Assembly (NCBI GenBank): GCA_001772985.1
Contig: MEVN01000034.1
Location: forward strand, 1 to 34,741
Length of the DNA stretch: 34,741 nt
Direction: 5' to 3'
From: a candidate division WWE3 bacterium RIFCSPLOWO2_12_FULL_36_10
GTDB taxonomy: Bacteria > Patescibacteriota > WWE3 > UBA101185 > UBA10185
This document shows positions 7,674 through 15,206 of this stretch, in pieces (position 1 is the stretch's first letter; every line of letters starts with the position of its first letter). The notes under the pieces were generated by a model. It saw only the letters and a program-made list of their open reading frames with translations. It ran no database searches and was not told where the DNA came from. A program made the translations under genes and the position numbers.

Positions 7674-8529
7674 GTTCGCTCCTAATTCGGCCCGCAAGTG
7701 TTCGGAGTTCCTTTAAAGCTTTCTCTGCCTGTACTCTATTGGGAGGCTTGCCGTGCCATTCAAATTTATACTGCATAAAATCAACATCTTTTCCCGGAAT
7801 TGTATGAGCAATTATAACAGTTGCTCTTTCAAAGATTGCTTTAGCATTATCGCAGGCATTTATGATTTCTTCAACATTATGTCCGTCTATTTCAAGAACG
7901 TGCCAGTTAAAGGCTTCAAGCTTTTGTCTTAAAGGTTCTAACGGCATGATGTCTTCGGTATATCCGTCTATTTGAATGTTATTTCTGTCTATTATCCAGG
8001 TTAAATTGTGTAGATGGTTGTTTCCTGCAAACATGGCAGCTTCCCAAATTTGTCCTTCCTGAAGCTCCGCGTCACTTCCAACGCAATAAACTCTATGAGT
8101 TTGGTCGTTTAATTTTGCAGAAAGTGCCATTCCGATTGCTTGAGAAAGGCCTTGGCCTAAGGGACCGCTAGTGTTTTCAACTCCAGGAGGTTCGTTTATA
8201 TGTGGATGGCCTTGTAAACGAGTGCCAAGTTTTCTTAGAGTTTTTAATTCTGATACAGGAAAAAAACCTCGGTGTGCAAGTGTTGCATATAAAATTGGAC
8301 AAATATGCCCTGCGGACAAGACTAATCTATCTCTATCTGGCATTTGTGGATTTTTTGGATCAATATTTAAAATGTGAAAATATAAGGAAGCAAATATATC
8401 TGCGGTGCCAAGAGGGCCGGCGGAATGTCCGGAGCCGGCTTCTAAAAGCATTTCAATGACGGATTTTCTAAGTTCTATTGCAACTTCTTCTATTTTGGCG
8501 ATTTCTTCGCTGTGTGAATGTTTGGGCAT
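7666..8529 (-). CDS. tkt: Transketolase, N-terminal (thiamine-diphosphate-binding) subunit
   Basis: GSGHSAGPLG, LSAGH, GSLGQG-like GPLGQGLSQAIG, and GDAELQEGQIWEA (GDG-type TPP motif). Confidence 0.9.
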   Translation of the reverse strand: MPKHSHSEEIAKIEEVAIELRKSVIEMLLEAGSGHSAGPLGTADIFASLYFHILNIDPKNPQMPDRDRLVLSAGHICPILYATLAHRGFFPVSELKTLRKLGTRLQGHPHINEPPGVENTSGPLGQGLSQAIGMALSAKLNDQTHRVYCVGSDAELQEGQIWEAAMFAGNNHLHNLTWIIDRNNIQIDGYTEDIMPLEPLRQKLEAFNWHVLEIDGHNVEEIINACDNAKAIFERATVIIAHTIPGKDVDFMQYKFEWHGKPPNRVQAEKALKELRTLAGRIRSEHD

Positions 8530-8584
8530 TAGGGTGATTATACACCTAAGGCTTCACATTAGATAAGCTTAATGTACTATAAGC

Positions 8585-8613
8585 TTGACAAGGTTTGTGA
8601 ATAATGATATAAT
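8585..8613 (+). promoter_or_regulatory. Perfect sigma70-type promoter (TTGACA-17-TATAAT)
   Basis: TTGACA at 8585-8590, a 17-nt spacer, TATAAT at 8608-8613. It is preceded by TAATGTACTAT (8570-8580), which is also found upstream of the promoter at 15093. Confidence 0.6.
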
Positions 8614-8619
8614 TCCAGT

Positions 8620-9075
8620 TATGAATCGGCTACTTCCGCTATCTGGAGGGAAGTGTCATAGGAGGCGAACTGGGTCCCGTCAGCCCAATCCCGCCAATAT
8701 ACTAGTCTGTCGACTGACGGAGAGGAGAAGAAAACAAATGAAGATTTGTATTCGAGGTCCGGATTCGAGCTTGGCATGCTCGAAAAATAAGATCGTCGTC
8801 GCCATCACCGCCGGCCGGGCCGCCCAGGGTTTCTGAACCCCGCCCGTCGCCACCGAGGTCGATCATATGACATGGGTTTCGGCGTAAAATCAAACGCTTC
8901 TTTAGCCCCTGCCTTTCCGACCTCGCGCAACTCCCGTCATCCGGTTGGTTTTTCTCGCAACGACCCAGGTGGGTATGTGAAGTAATGTGAGAATGATCAA
9001 CCGAAGAAGCCACACTCACTGCACAAAGAGGATCGCAACCTTTTTGTTTGGTAGGTGTGGCTTTATCTTTTTTTA
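8620..9075 (+). ncRNA. Unclassified GC-rich structured RNA candidate (orphan transcription unit; may also carry a 32-codon sORF at 8738-8836)
   Basis: Bounded by a consensus promoter and a hairpin plus T-tract. It is strikingly GC-rich in an AT-rich window. Several helices can be drawn (see findings). ORFs on both strands translate to low-complexity junk. Confidence 0.4.
9009..9074 (+). terminator. Long interrupted hairpin plus T-tract
   Basis: GCCACAC (9009-9015) pairs with GTGTGGC (9055-9061). An inner helix pairs ACAAAGAGG (9023-9031) with CCTTTTTGT (9039-9047). This is followed by TTTATCTTTTTTT. It could also serve the convergent LOG gene. Confidence 0.55.
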
Positions 9076-9627
9076 TTTCAAATTTTCAATAAACTTCAAA
9101 ACTTCCTCTGGAGTTGAAACAATCCCACGAACTTGATCTAATTCTCCTTCTCTCATTACCATATTTTTATTTAATTCGTTTACTATATTGTGCCAAAACT
9201 CCCCGAACAAAATTAACGGCTTGCCATGCCCCGCGTGAATTCTTGAATTAGCCCAGCTCATTCCAAATTCGCTAATAGTTCCCGTTCCGCCTTTAAAAAC
9301 AATATGAACATCTGAATTTTGGAGCATTACCTTAGTTCTATCAAAATAATCGTTTGTTATTACCTCTTCATCGAATTTATTATTCTTATCCATGCCCTCG
9401 TAGTTAACATGCTCGTAAGTTGGTTGATAAGTGATTGCAAGTACTCTAGTTCCGCCATCGTGAGCACCAAGTGTAGATGCCAGCATAACTCCAGGCCCGC
9501 CTCCATTTACAATTTCGTAGCCATTTTGTCCTAGAAGTTTTGCGGTATTATAAGCATCCATAAAAACAGGATCTTTTGGTTTCCAAGAAGCACCGCCTAA
9601 AAAACAAATTCGTTTGATCTCGTTCAT
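9073..9627 (-). CDS. LOG-family (TIGR00730-type) Rossmann-fold nucleotide-binding protein
   Basis: GGGPGVM and the KGGTGTISEF (PGGxGTxxE-like) motif. Confidence 0.85.
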   Translation of the reverse strand: MNEIKRICFLGGASWKPKDPVFMDAYNTAKLLGQNGYEIVNGGGPGVMLASTLGAHDGGTRVLAITYQPTYEHVNYEGMDKNNKFDEEVITNDYFDRTKVMLQNSDVHIVFKGGTGTISEFGMSWANSRIHAGHGKPLILFGEFWHNIVNELNKNMVMREGELDQVRGIVSTPEEVLKFIENLK

Positions 9628-10253
9628 AAAAGTTCCTCATTACTAAATTTTATATATGCGTCTCTAATGTCGCTCTGATTAAACAAATGTGAACCAATTA
9701 TTACATCTCTTACACCAGTTTCTAAAACTAGCGGTAAGGTTTCTGCATCTATTCCGCCGTCAACTTGTACCGGCATTTTTGGATAGAGTTGTCTAAACTG
9801 ATTTATTTTTGCTAAGACATTATAAACAAAAGGATTACCTTGTGCTCCCGGAATTATAGTCATAAATTGAACATAATCAATTTTACTTAAAAATCTATCT
9901 AGCTTTTGTATTTCTGTTTCCGGGTTTAAAGAAAGTCCAACGATATAACCAAAATCATGACTTATATTTATGAAATCTTCAATGTAATCTTTTACTTCTA
10001 TTTGAGCGCAAATTCTACTTATATTATTAATCTTTTTTACTAAATACTGTAGTGGATTTTCTACCATTAAATGTATTTCTATTTCTGCTTTAGTTTTTAT
10101 TTCCGCAATTCGATCTATTTCTAAAAATGTTTCGCCTTTTACAAGTTTTCCATCAGCTATATCTATTTGAATTATGGTTGTAAAATCTTGGACGAGTTGA
10201 ATTTTGTTTACAACTTCCATAAAGTCTTTTTCTAAAATTCCCGGTATTATCAT
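9624..10253 (-). CDS. rpe: Ribulose-phosphate 3-epimerase-like TIM-barrel protein
   Basis: IDIADG, HLMVENP, the phosphate-binding region PGAQGNPF, and VQVDGGI. The first metal-ligand His of canonical Rpe (HxDxMDG) is Gln here (QIDIADG). Confidence 0.65.
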   Translation of the reverse strand: MIIPGILEKDFMEVVNKIQLVQDFTTIIQIDIADGKLVKGETFLEIDRIAEIKTKAEIEIHLMVENPLQYLVKKINNISRICAQIEVKDYIEDFINISHDFGYIVGLSLNPETEIQKLDRFLSKIDYVQFMTIIPGAQGNPFVYNVLAKINQFRQLYPKMPVQVDGGIDAETLPLVLETGVRDVIIGSHLFNQSDIRDAYIKFSNEELL

Positions 10254-10687
10254 TTTATTTCTTCCAATTTATTTATTCTTCTAACAAACCTTTCTTCCTT
10301 GCTAAAGTCTTTATTAAGCCAATTTTCCAGTATAATCTCAGCCTCATCTTCGCTTATATAGTTTGCCGGTAATGCTAAAACATTTGCATCATCATCGTTT
10401 CTGGATGAAACGGCATGTTCAAGGCGCCAGGACAACGCACATCTGATTCCTTTAAATCTGTTAGCTATTATACTAACCCCAACTCCGTTTTTACAAATTA
10501 GTACCGCGTTATTTTTAGGTGACTCAAGAACCTTTCTCATAACGGGAATTACGTAGTCTGTGTAATCGTCGCTTGGAATTAATTCATTTGGGCCACAGTC
10601 TTCAAATTCGATATTTTTTTGTTTAAGGAATTCAATTAACCTGCTTTTGAGTTTTAGACCGCCGTGATCCGATGTAATGTAAAGCAT
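10250..10687 (-). CDS. rpiB: Ribose-5-phosphate isomerase B (RpiB/LacAB family)
   Basis: N-terminal ITSDHGG and a catalytic-Cys segment VLICKNGVGVSIIANR. Adjacent to rpe. Confidence 0.85.
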   Translation of the reverse strand: MLYITSDHGGLKLKSRLIEFLKQKNIEFEDCGPNELIPSDDYTDYVIPVMRKVLESPKNNAVLICKNGVGVSIIANRFKGIRCALSWRLEHAVSSRNDDDANVLALPANYISEDEAEIILENWLNKDFSKEERFVRRINKLEEIK

Positions 10688-11033
10688 ATATTAGTATTAT
10701 ATTAACAAAAGACAAAACACACCAGCCACAAATTGCTTTTATCACAAAAAGTTCCAAATATGTTAAATAAGTTGAATACATTATTCCCCACAATAACCAA
10801 TATTTTGTGTACTTATTATTTCTTTCAAGCATGATGTACAGAATAAAGTAGTAAAGAATTCCGAATACAGCAACAGGAATTCCAAATACTTGCGAGTATT
10901 TGCTATTTTGTACTTTTTCACAATCTCCAAACGCGCATAAAAGTGGACTTGATGTAAGTTTAACGTATGTTAAGTAAAGTGAAATTAAAATCCCTATAAT
11001 AGCTAAAATTTTAAGCGTTTTTGCTAAAGACAT
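10632..11033 (-). CDS. Vitamin K epoxide reductase (VKOR) family membrane protein
   Basis: Four predicted TM helices, a loop Cys pair CAFGDC, and the active-site CGWC. The 3' end overlaps the rpiB start by 56 nt. Confidence 0.8.
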   Translation of the reverse strand: MSLAKTLKILAIIGILISLYLTYVKLTSSPLLCAFGDCEKVQNSKYSQVFGIPVAVFGILYYFILYIMLERNNKYTKYWLLWGIMYSTYLTYLELFVIKAICGWCVLSFVNIILIYALHYIGSRRSKTQKQVN

Positions 11034-11643
11034 ACGTTAAATATATACCAGTTATGATTAAGATTAAAGATACAGAGCTTGCCACATCAATTCCATATAT
11101 AGTCCACACGCTTTGCCGCGTGTTTTCAAGTAAAATTCTTATGATTCCATAGCCAACTAGATAGCTTGAAAATAGTATTCCAGCCCTTATTTTTTTGTAA
11201 TTAGTAAGTGATGCGAGAATTATAAATAAAATAATATCAAAAAATGACTCATAAATTGAATAAGGGAGAAGTTCTTTGTTAAAATAGTTTCCCCATCTGC
11301 CGATTCCTTGGGCTAATGGAATTCCAACCGCCGAAATATCTAACCAATTTAATACACGTTCCTTTTTTATTTTAAGATAAATAATAAAGGCCAAAATTCC
11401 GGCAAAAAGACCTCCGTAAATTCCAAGCCCGCCATTCCAGATTTGAAATATTCTAATTGGATTTTGTGAATAAAAACTATATAAATCAAGAACGTGGTAA
11501 AGTCTTGCGCCAATTATCCCAAAGATTAAACCAGCGAGTAAACCTTCCCACAGAATGTTTGAGTTAAGGCCTTTCTTTTTTGCAATATGATCGCAATATA
11601 AAGCTGAAGTTAGAATTCCAAGAGAAATAAGGATTCCGTACAT
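11011..11643 (-). CDS. lgt: Prolipoprotein diacylglyceryl transferase (short form)
   Basis: WNGGLGIYGG and GRWGNYFNKEL signatures; multi-TM. Confidence 0.8.
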   Translation of the reverse strand: MYGILISLGILTSALYCDHIAKKKGLNSNILWEGLLAGLIFGIIGARLYHVLDLYSFYSQNPIRIFQIWNGGLGIYGGLFAGILAFIIYLKIKKERVLNWLDISAVGIPLAQGIGRWGNYFNKELLPYSIYESFFDIILFIILASLTNYKKIRAGILFSSYLVGYGIIRILLENTRQSVWTIYGIDVASSVSLILIITGIYLTYVFSKNA

Positions 11644-11646
11644 ATA

Positions 11647-12198
11647 TTAAAAAGCAAAGATTACATAAACAAACAACCCTAATAACGCCACAAAATAAGC
11701 AAACAAGGCGTTTCCGGTTAAGCTTTTTTTAAGTGCCCAAAACCATTCTGAGGTGTCATTTTTTTCAAAGTAAAGCTCTGCCAGTCTGTAAATCGAATTA
11801 ATATAGGTAGAAATTACAAGCGATTTTACAAATAAACTGGCGTTTGAAGATACAACAAATATGGCTCCTGCTCCAATTGCAATTTGAAATAAGGCGCTAT
11901 TTAAGGTTTTTTCTTTAATATCGTGTCTGTGGTAATAAATGAATGCAAAGGCAGACTTTATATCCTTGTGTTTTACATACGAAACTAGTGTTTTTGAAAA
12001 GTCAGCGGTTGGGTCTAAAAAATAGGCGTGAATGAAGTAATCAAGATCCAAAAGAAAAGTTCCTACAAACGCCCCAAGAAAAATTTGAACTATGTTGAAT
12101 GCGTTTTTTTCAACCCGCATGGCTATTAGAACTATTGAAAGAGTTAGCGACAAAAGAAGTTGAATTTTGTAAATATTAAGAACTTTGTTTGGCATCAT
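11647..12198 (-). CDS. Hypothetical multi-pass membrane protein (183 aa)
   Basis: A long ORF with several hydrophobic helices and tight spacing to lgt. No recognisable motif. Confidence 0.5.
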   Translation of the reverse strand: MMPNKVLNIYKIQLLLSLTLSIVLIAMRVEKNAFNIVQIFLGAFVGTFLLDLDYFIHAYFLDPTADFSKTLVSYVKHKDIKSAFAFIYYHRHDIKEKTLNSALFQIAIGAGAIFVVSSNASLFVKSLVISTYINSIYRLAELYFEKNDTSEWFWALKKSLTGNALFAYFVALLGLFVYVIFAF

Positions 12199-12227
12199 TT
12201 AAATCATAGTGCATTTAATTTCATACT

Positions 12228-12494
12228 TCAACCGTTAACTCCTTTTCTAAGTTGTGTTAGTTTCCACATGAAGATCTTGCCTTTAGCCGTAATTTTTTCA
12301 GCGGAGAGCGCACACTCTCTAGCTTGTTCGAGCAAATTTCTTTGCTCGTTTTTTGCGAGTTTTATGTAGAGGGAGCGTTTTTTTGTGTCGTTTAACTCTT
12401 CTGCAAGTCTGTTACCGTAAGCTTGATACTCGTATTTGTTTCTTTTATCGCCTACAAAAACTTTAGTACCAATGATGTTCTTAATATGTTCCAT
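12228..12494 (-). CDS. Hypothetical small basic protein (88 aa)
   Basis: An ORF with plausible composition. No recognisable motif. Confidence 0.4.
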   Translation of the reverse strand: MEHIKNIIGTKVFVGDKRNKYEYQAYGNRLAEELNDTKKRSLYIKLAKNEQRNLLEQARECALSAEKITAKGKIFMWKLTQLRKGVNG

Positions 12495-12513
12495 TAGAAA
12501 AGAAGTTTATTAG

Positions 12514-12879
12514 TTATTTATTCACTTGACTATGGGCAATTTTGCCTATAATTGGAAGTTCAAACTCTTCTTTGTTATAGGCTTTCCACATACATAATAG
12601 CCATGCAATAAAGCAAGCAATATTTATGATAGGAACTAGAATAAAACCAATTAGAAGGAAAGTAAGCATTGTTGAAGCAAAGTTTAACCCTAACCAGACC
12701 ACGCCAAGAAGAATAGACTGAAAAGCGTGAAATCTTACAAATTTATTGCTTTTCTCAAAAATAAAAACCGCGACGCCTGTTAACGGCGTTATCAAGTATG
12801 AAAGCGCTGCTTCCACATTTGACTCTAAATTATATGGCTTCTGACTAACTGGTTGACTTTGTGTTGTATTTTGTTCCAT
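12514..12879 (-). CDS. DUF4870-like small membrane protein
   Basis: The pattern YLITPLTG...FVRFHAFQS followed by TM helices resembles the DUF4870 family. Confidence 0.55.
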   Translation of the reverse strand: MEQNTTQSQPVSQKPYNLESNVEAALSYLITPLTGVAVFIFEKSNKFVRFHAFQSILLGVVWLGLNFASTMLTFLLIGFILVPIINIACFIAWLLCMWKAYNKEEFELPIIGKIAHSQVNK

Positions 12880-12887
12880 GTATTTAT

Positions 12888-14654
12888 TTAACCTCTTTTT
12901 TGGGTTTCATGCAAGTGTTTTATTTCTTCAATGGTTGTAGTGTCTGTTGAGTCTTTATCCGGTCTAAATCTTATTAATCTTGGGAATCGTAGGGCGTATC
13001 CCACAGTATGTTTGTCTGATCTTGATATTTCATCAGCTCCTGCTTCAATTACTATTGAAGGCGTTATCCAAACGTCTGGAAAAAATACTTTGTCAATTTC
13101 AAGATTTTTTGGTTTCTCTTTAATTTTTAGTTTATCCGCTACTTCTTTTAAATATATCCAATCTTCGTCTTTTAATCCCGTTCCTACTTTTGAAATCGTT
13201 TTGTAGGTGTTTGTTTTTTTGTTATAAATTCCAACCAAGAATTTTCCAATGCCAAATTTTGACCTACCGCCTTTTCCAAAATAATATCCTAGAATTGTGC
13301 AGTCCACCGTGTCGTTTAATTTCAAAGATTTTGATTGTTTAAACTTAACCCATGAGAACGATCTGGCTCCCGCTTGATATAAAGAGTTTGGCTGTTTAAC
13401 AACTATTCCTTCAAGGCCTTTTTCTTTCGCTACCTCAAAGTATTCGTTTAATTCTTCTGCATTTGATGTTTCAAGATAGTCGTTGATTAAAATAAGACCG
13501 CCGGGTTTTAAAATTGATTCAAGCAAGACCCTTCTTTCTCTTAAAGTTTTGTCTAAAAGTTCCATTCCGTTTAAATAAAGAATGTCAAAAACGTAATATT
13601 TTAGCGGGATTTCTTTAAGGAATTTCTCAATGTCGTACTTTCTTTTTCTTTGCATTATTTTTTGAAATTCTAAGAACTGGTTCGACTTAATATCGTACCC
13701 AACTGCCTCGCCATCTAAAATTGCCGAATCAGCATTTATTTGAATATTTGCAGCTTCCACAATATCCGGAAATTGATGCGTAGTTTCTTTTAAGTTTCTG
13801 GTGAAAGTTTTAATAAATACCATTGCGGAGGAATCATTTAACAGACTTTGTTGTTCTAGCGGAAAGTTTTTAGTAGTCTTTTTTCTATCAATGTGAAGTT
13901 GAACTCTTGTACCGTCAAATTTATATTCAGCTCTTACCGTTCCCATTTTTTCTATTATTTCTTCTGAACTTTCTAGTCTTTGAGCTTTTTGAGCTTCAAT
14001 CGGAATTCCTATTTGTATTTTTATATTTTTTATACCGGCCATGCCTTTCTCTTTTAGAGATTTTGCAATAAGGCCAATATCCGGGTGAATGTTATATTTT
14101 TCCTCAATTAGTTTTCTTAAAGATTTGTCGTTGTTTATAAATTTTGATAGAGCATCGATTACTGTTAAATCGGTGTAACCAAGCCGTGTAATACCAAGAA
14201 TTATTCTAACAACGAACTTTGCGGATAATTTATCTAACTTTTGGAGTAGGGAAGACAGCAGTCTGATTTTTTGATCTTGTGATCCCGTGCCGGAAACCTG
14301 CGTCAGACTTTCTAGTTCATTGTAAACTTCTGTAATTGTAAGACCGGTATCTAGTACATTTGAAATTTCATTTACTACACTTCCAAGATCTCCGGATTTT
14401 CCGTAATGGGCTTGAATGTCTTTTGCTTTTATGTCAAAAGAAAATTCCAAGGCTTTTATAATCATTTTGTCTGCGATATTAAAGTTTGGATTTTCATATT
14501 TTGCTTTTAAAGTTCCAAGGGCTAGATAAATAGCTCTGTCAACCTCTTCTATTGAAAGCGTTTCTATTAGATCAGAAAGTATAGCTGTTATTTCAAGTCT
14601 TTTTGACGTGTTTTCAAGCTTTTGCAAATAGTTCGCAAATTCGTTAAATTTCAT
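12888..14654 (-). CDS. lig: ATP-dependent DNA ligase (Lig1/archaeal-type, with N-terminal DNA-binding domain)
   Basis: Motif I EYKFDGTRVQLH (KxDGxR), EGIVVK, WVKFK, and a conserved C-terminal RFPRLIRFRPDK. Confidence 0.9.
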   Translation of the reverse strand: MKFNEFANYLQKLENTSKRLEITAILSDLIETLSIEEVDRAIYLALGTLKAKYENPNFNIADKMIIKALEFSFDIKAKDIQAHYGKSGDLGSVVNEISNVLDTGLTITEVYNELESLTQVSGTGSQDQKIRLLSSLLQKLDKLSAKFVVRIILGITRLGYTDLTVIDALSKFINNDKSLRKLIEEKYNIHPDIGLIAKSLKEKGMAGIKNIKIQIGIPIEAQKAQRLESSEEIIEKMGTVRAEYKFDGTRVQLHIDRKKTTKNFPLEQQSLLNDSSAMVFIKTFTRNLKETTHQFPDIVEAANIQINADSAILDGEAVGYDIKSNQFLEFQKIMQRKRKYDIEKFLKEIPLKYYVFDILYLNGMELLDKTLRERRVLLESILKPGGLILINDYLETSNAEELNEYFEVAKEKGLEGIVVKQPNSLYQAGARSFSWVKFKQSKSLKLNDTVDCTILGYYFGKGGRSKFGIGKFLVGIYNKKTNTYKTISKVGTGLKDEDWIYLKEVADKLKIKEKPKNLEIDKVFFPDVWITPSIVIEAGADEISRSDKHTVGYALRFPRLIRFRPDKDSTDTTTIEEIKHLHETQKRG

Positions 14655-14662
14655 TGGAGTTA

Positions 14663-15028
14663 TTATATAGGATTAGGTGTTCGAAAGGATAACAGTAAAA
14701 CTTCTAAAGTCTCAGAATTCTTTCTATCCGATCCTTCAAGATAGGATTCATAAATGGTTTTCAGATCCTTTTGCACATATGGAAAGATACGAGTGCTTAA
14801 GGCGCCCTCTGTAACTAGATCAACGTTATTTCCCAAGAATTCGCCCAACTTTCTTTGAACTTGAACAAGCTTAAAATACCCCACAGGTTGGCCAAATCTG
14901 ACCAGTAAATCAATATCACTTTTGGCTGATTCTTCTCCCCTTGCATATGAACCAAATAAACCTAAATATTCAATACCGTTTTGCTTGCAGATCTCCTTAA
15001 GTAATGGAGAGTTTAATAGTATATTCAT
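14663..15028 (-). CDS. Nucleotidyltransferase-domain protein (MNT-type antitoxin) with an atypical ~25-aa C-terminal extension
   Basis: GLFGSYARGEESAKSDIDLLV (GSxxRG...DxD). The start is taken at the internal Met (MNILLNS). Confidence 0.7.
   Translation of the reverse strand: MNILLNSPLLKEICKQNGIEYLGLFGSYARGEESAKSDIDLLVRFGQPVGYFKLVQVQRKLGEFLGNNVDLVTEGALSTRIFPYVQKDLKTIYESYLEGSDRKNSETLEVLLLSFRTPNPI
14704..14751 (-). pseudogene. Possible 15-codon remnant of the cognate HEPN (HepT/DUF86) toxin gene
   Basis: In an alternative frame an ATG at 14751 opens MNPILKDRIERILRL and then a stop. This sits where a HepT gene normally begins, overlapping the MNT 3' end. Confidence 0.25.
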
Positions 15029-15092
15029 GGTTAGATTATACAAGAACAGGAGATAAATTTCGAATAAATCTCTCAAACTAATGTACTATGGG

Positions 15093-15121
15093 TTGACAAA
15101 CGTTTAATTTCGTAATATAAT
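15093..15121 (+). promoter_or_regulatory. Perfect sigma70-type promoter (TTGACA-17-TATAAT)
   Basis: TTGACA at 15093-15098, a 17-nt spacer, TATAAT at 15116-15121. TAATGTACTAT (15079-15089) lies immediately upstream. Confidence 0.55.
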
Positions 15122-15206
15122 GACACTGTCAACTAGATCTCATGCGTAGCTACCTGTTTATAAGCATACGATTGAAATTAGTTGAACAATAGTTTAAAAT
15201 AAGTTT

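Noticed and set aside
8585-9019. ORFs 8585-8836 (+, 83 aa) and 8702-9019 (-, 105 aa) as protein-coding genes
   Set aside because: Both lie in the GC-rich block, where stop codons are rare by composition. The + ORF starts at the TTG of the -35 hexamer. The translations are Arg/Gly/Pro/Ser-rich low-complexity strings with no SD at their starts. An RNA, or at most the short 8738-8836 sORF, is the better interpretation.
8620-9075. Assigning the GC-rich unit to tmRNA, RNase P RNA, SRP RNA, a cobalamin riboswitch or a ribozyme
   Set aside because: - tmRNA: no tRNA-like GGGG...T-arm...CCACCA ends and no Ala-rich tag frame.
- RNase P RNA: neither strand has GAGGAAAGUCC or ACAGAA(C)CCGG at the proper spacing. 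The look-alikes GGTCGGAAAGGCAGGGG and TCAGAAACCCTGG on the minus strand are only ~95 nt apart and oppose the promoter.
- SRP RNA: AGGTCCGGA is not followed by AGGAAGCAGCC.
- Cobalamin riboswitch: AGGGAAG...CCCGCCAATAT only superficially resembles a B12 box, and no downstream gene exists.
- Hammerhead: there is no CUGAnGA core.

These are eye-level rejections and need cmscan.
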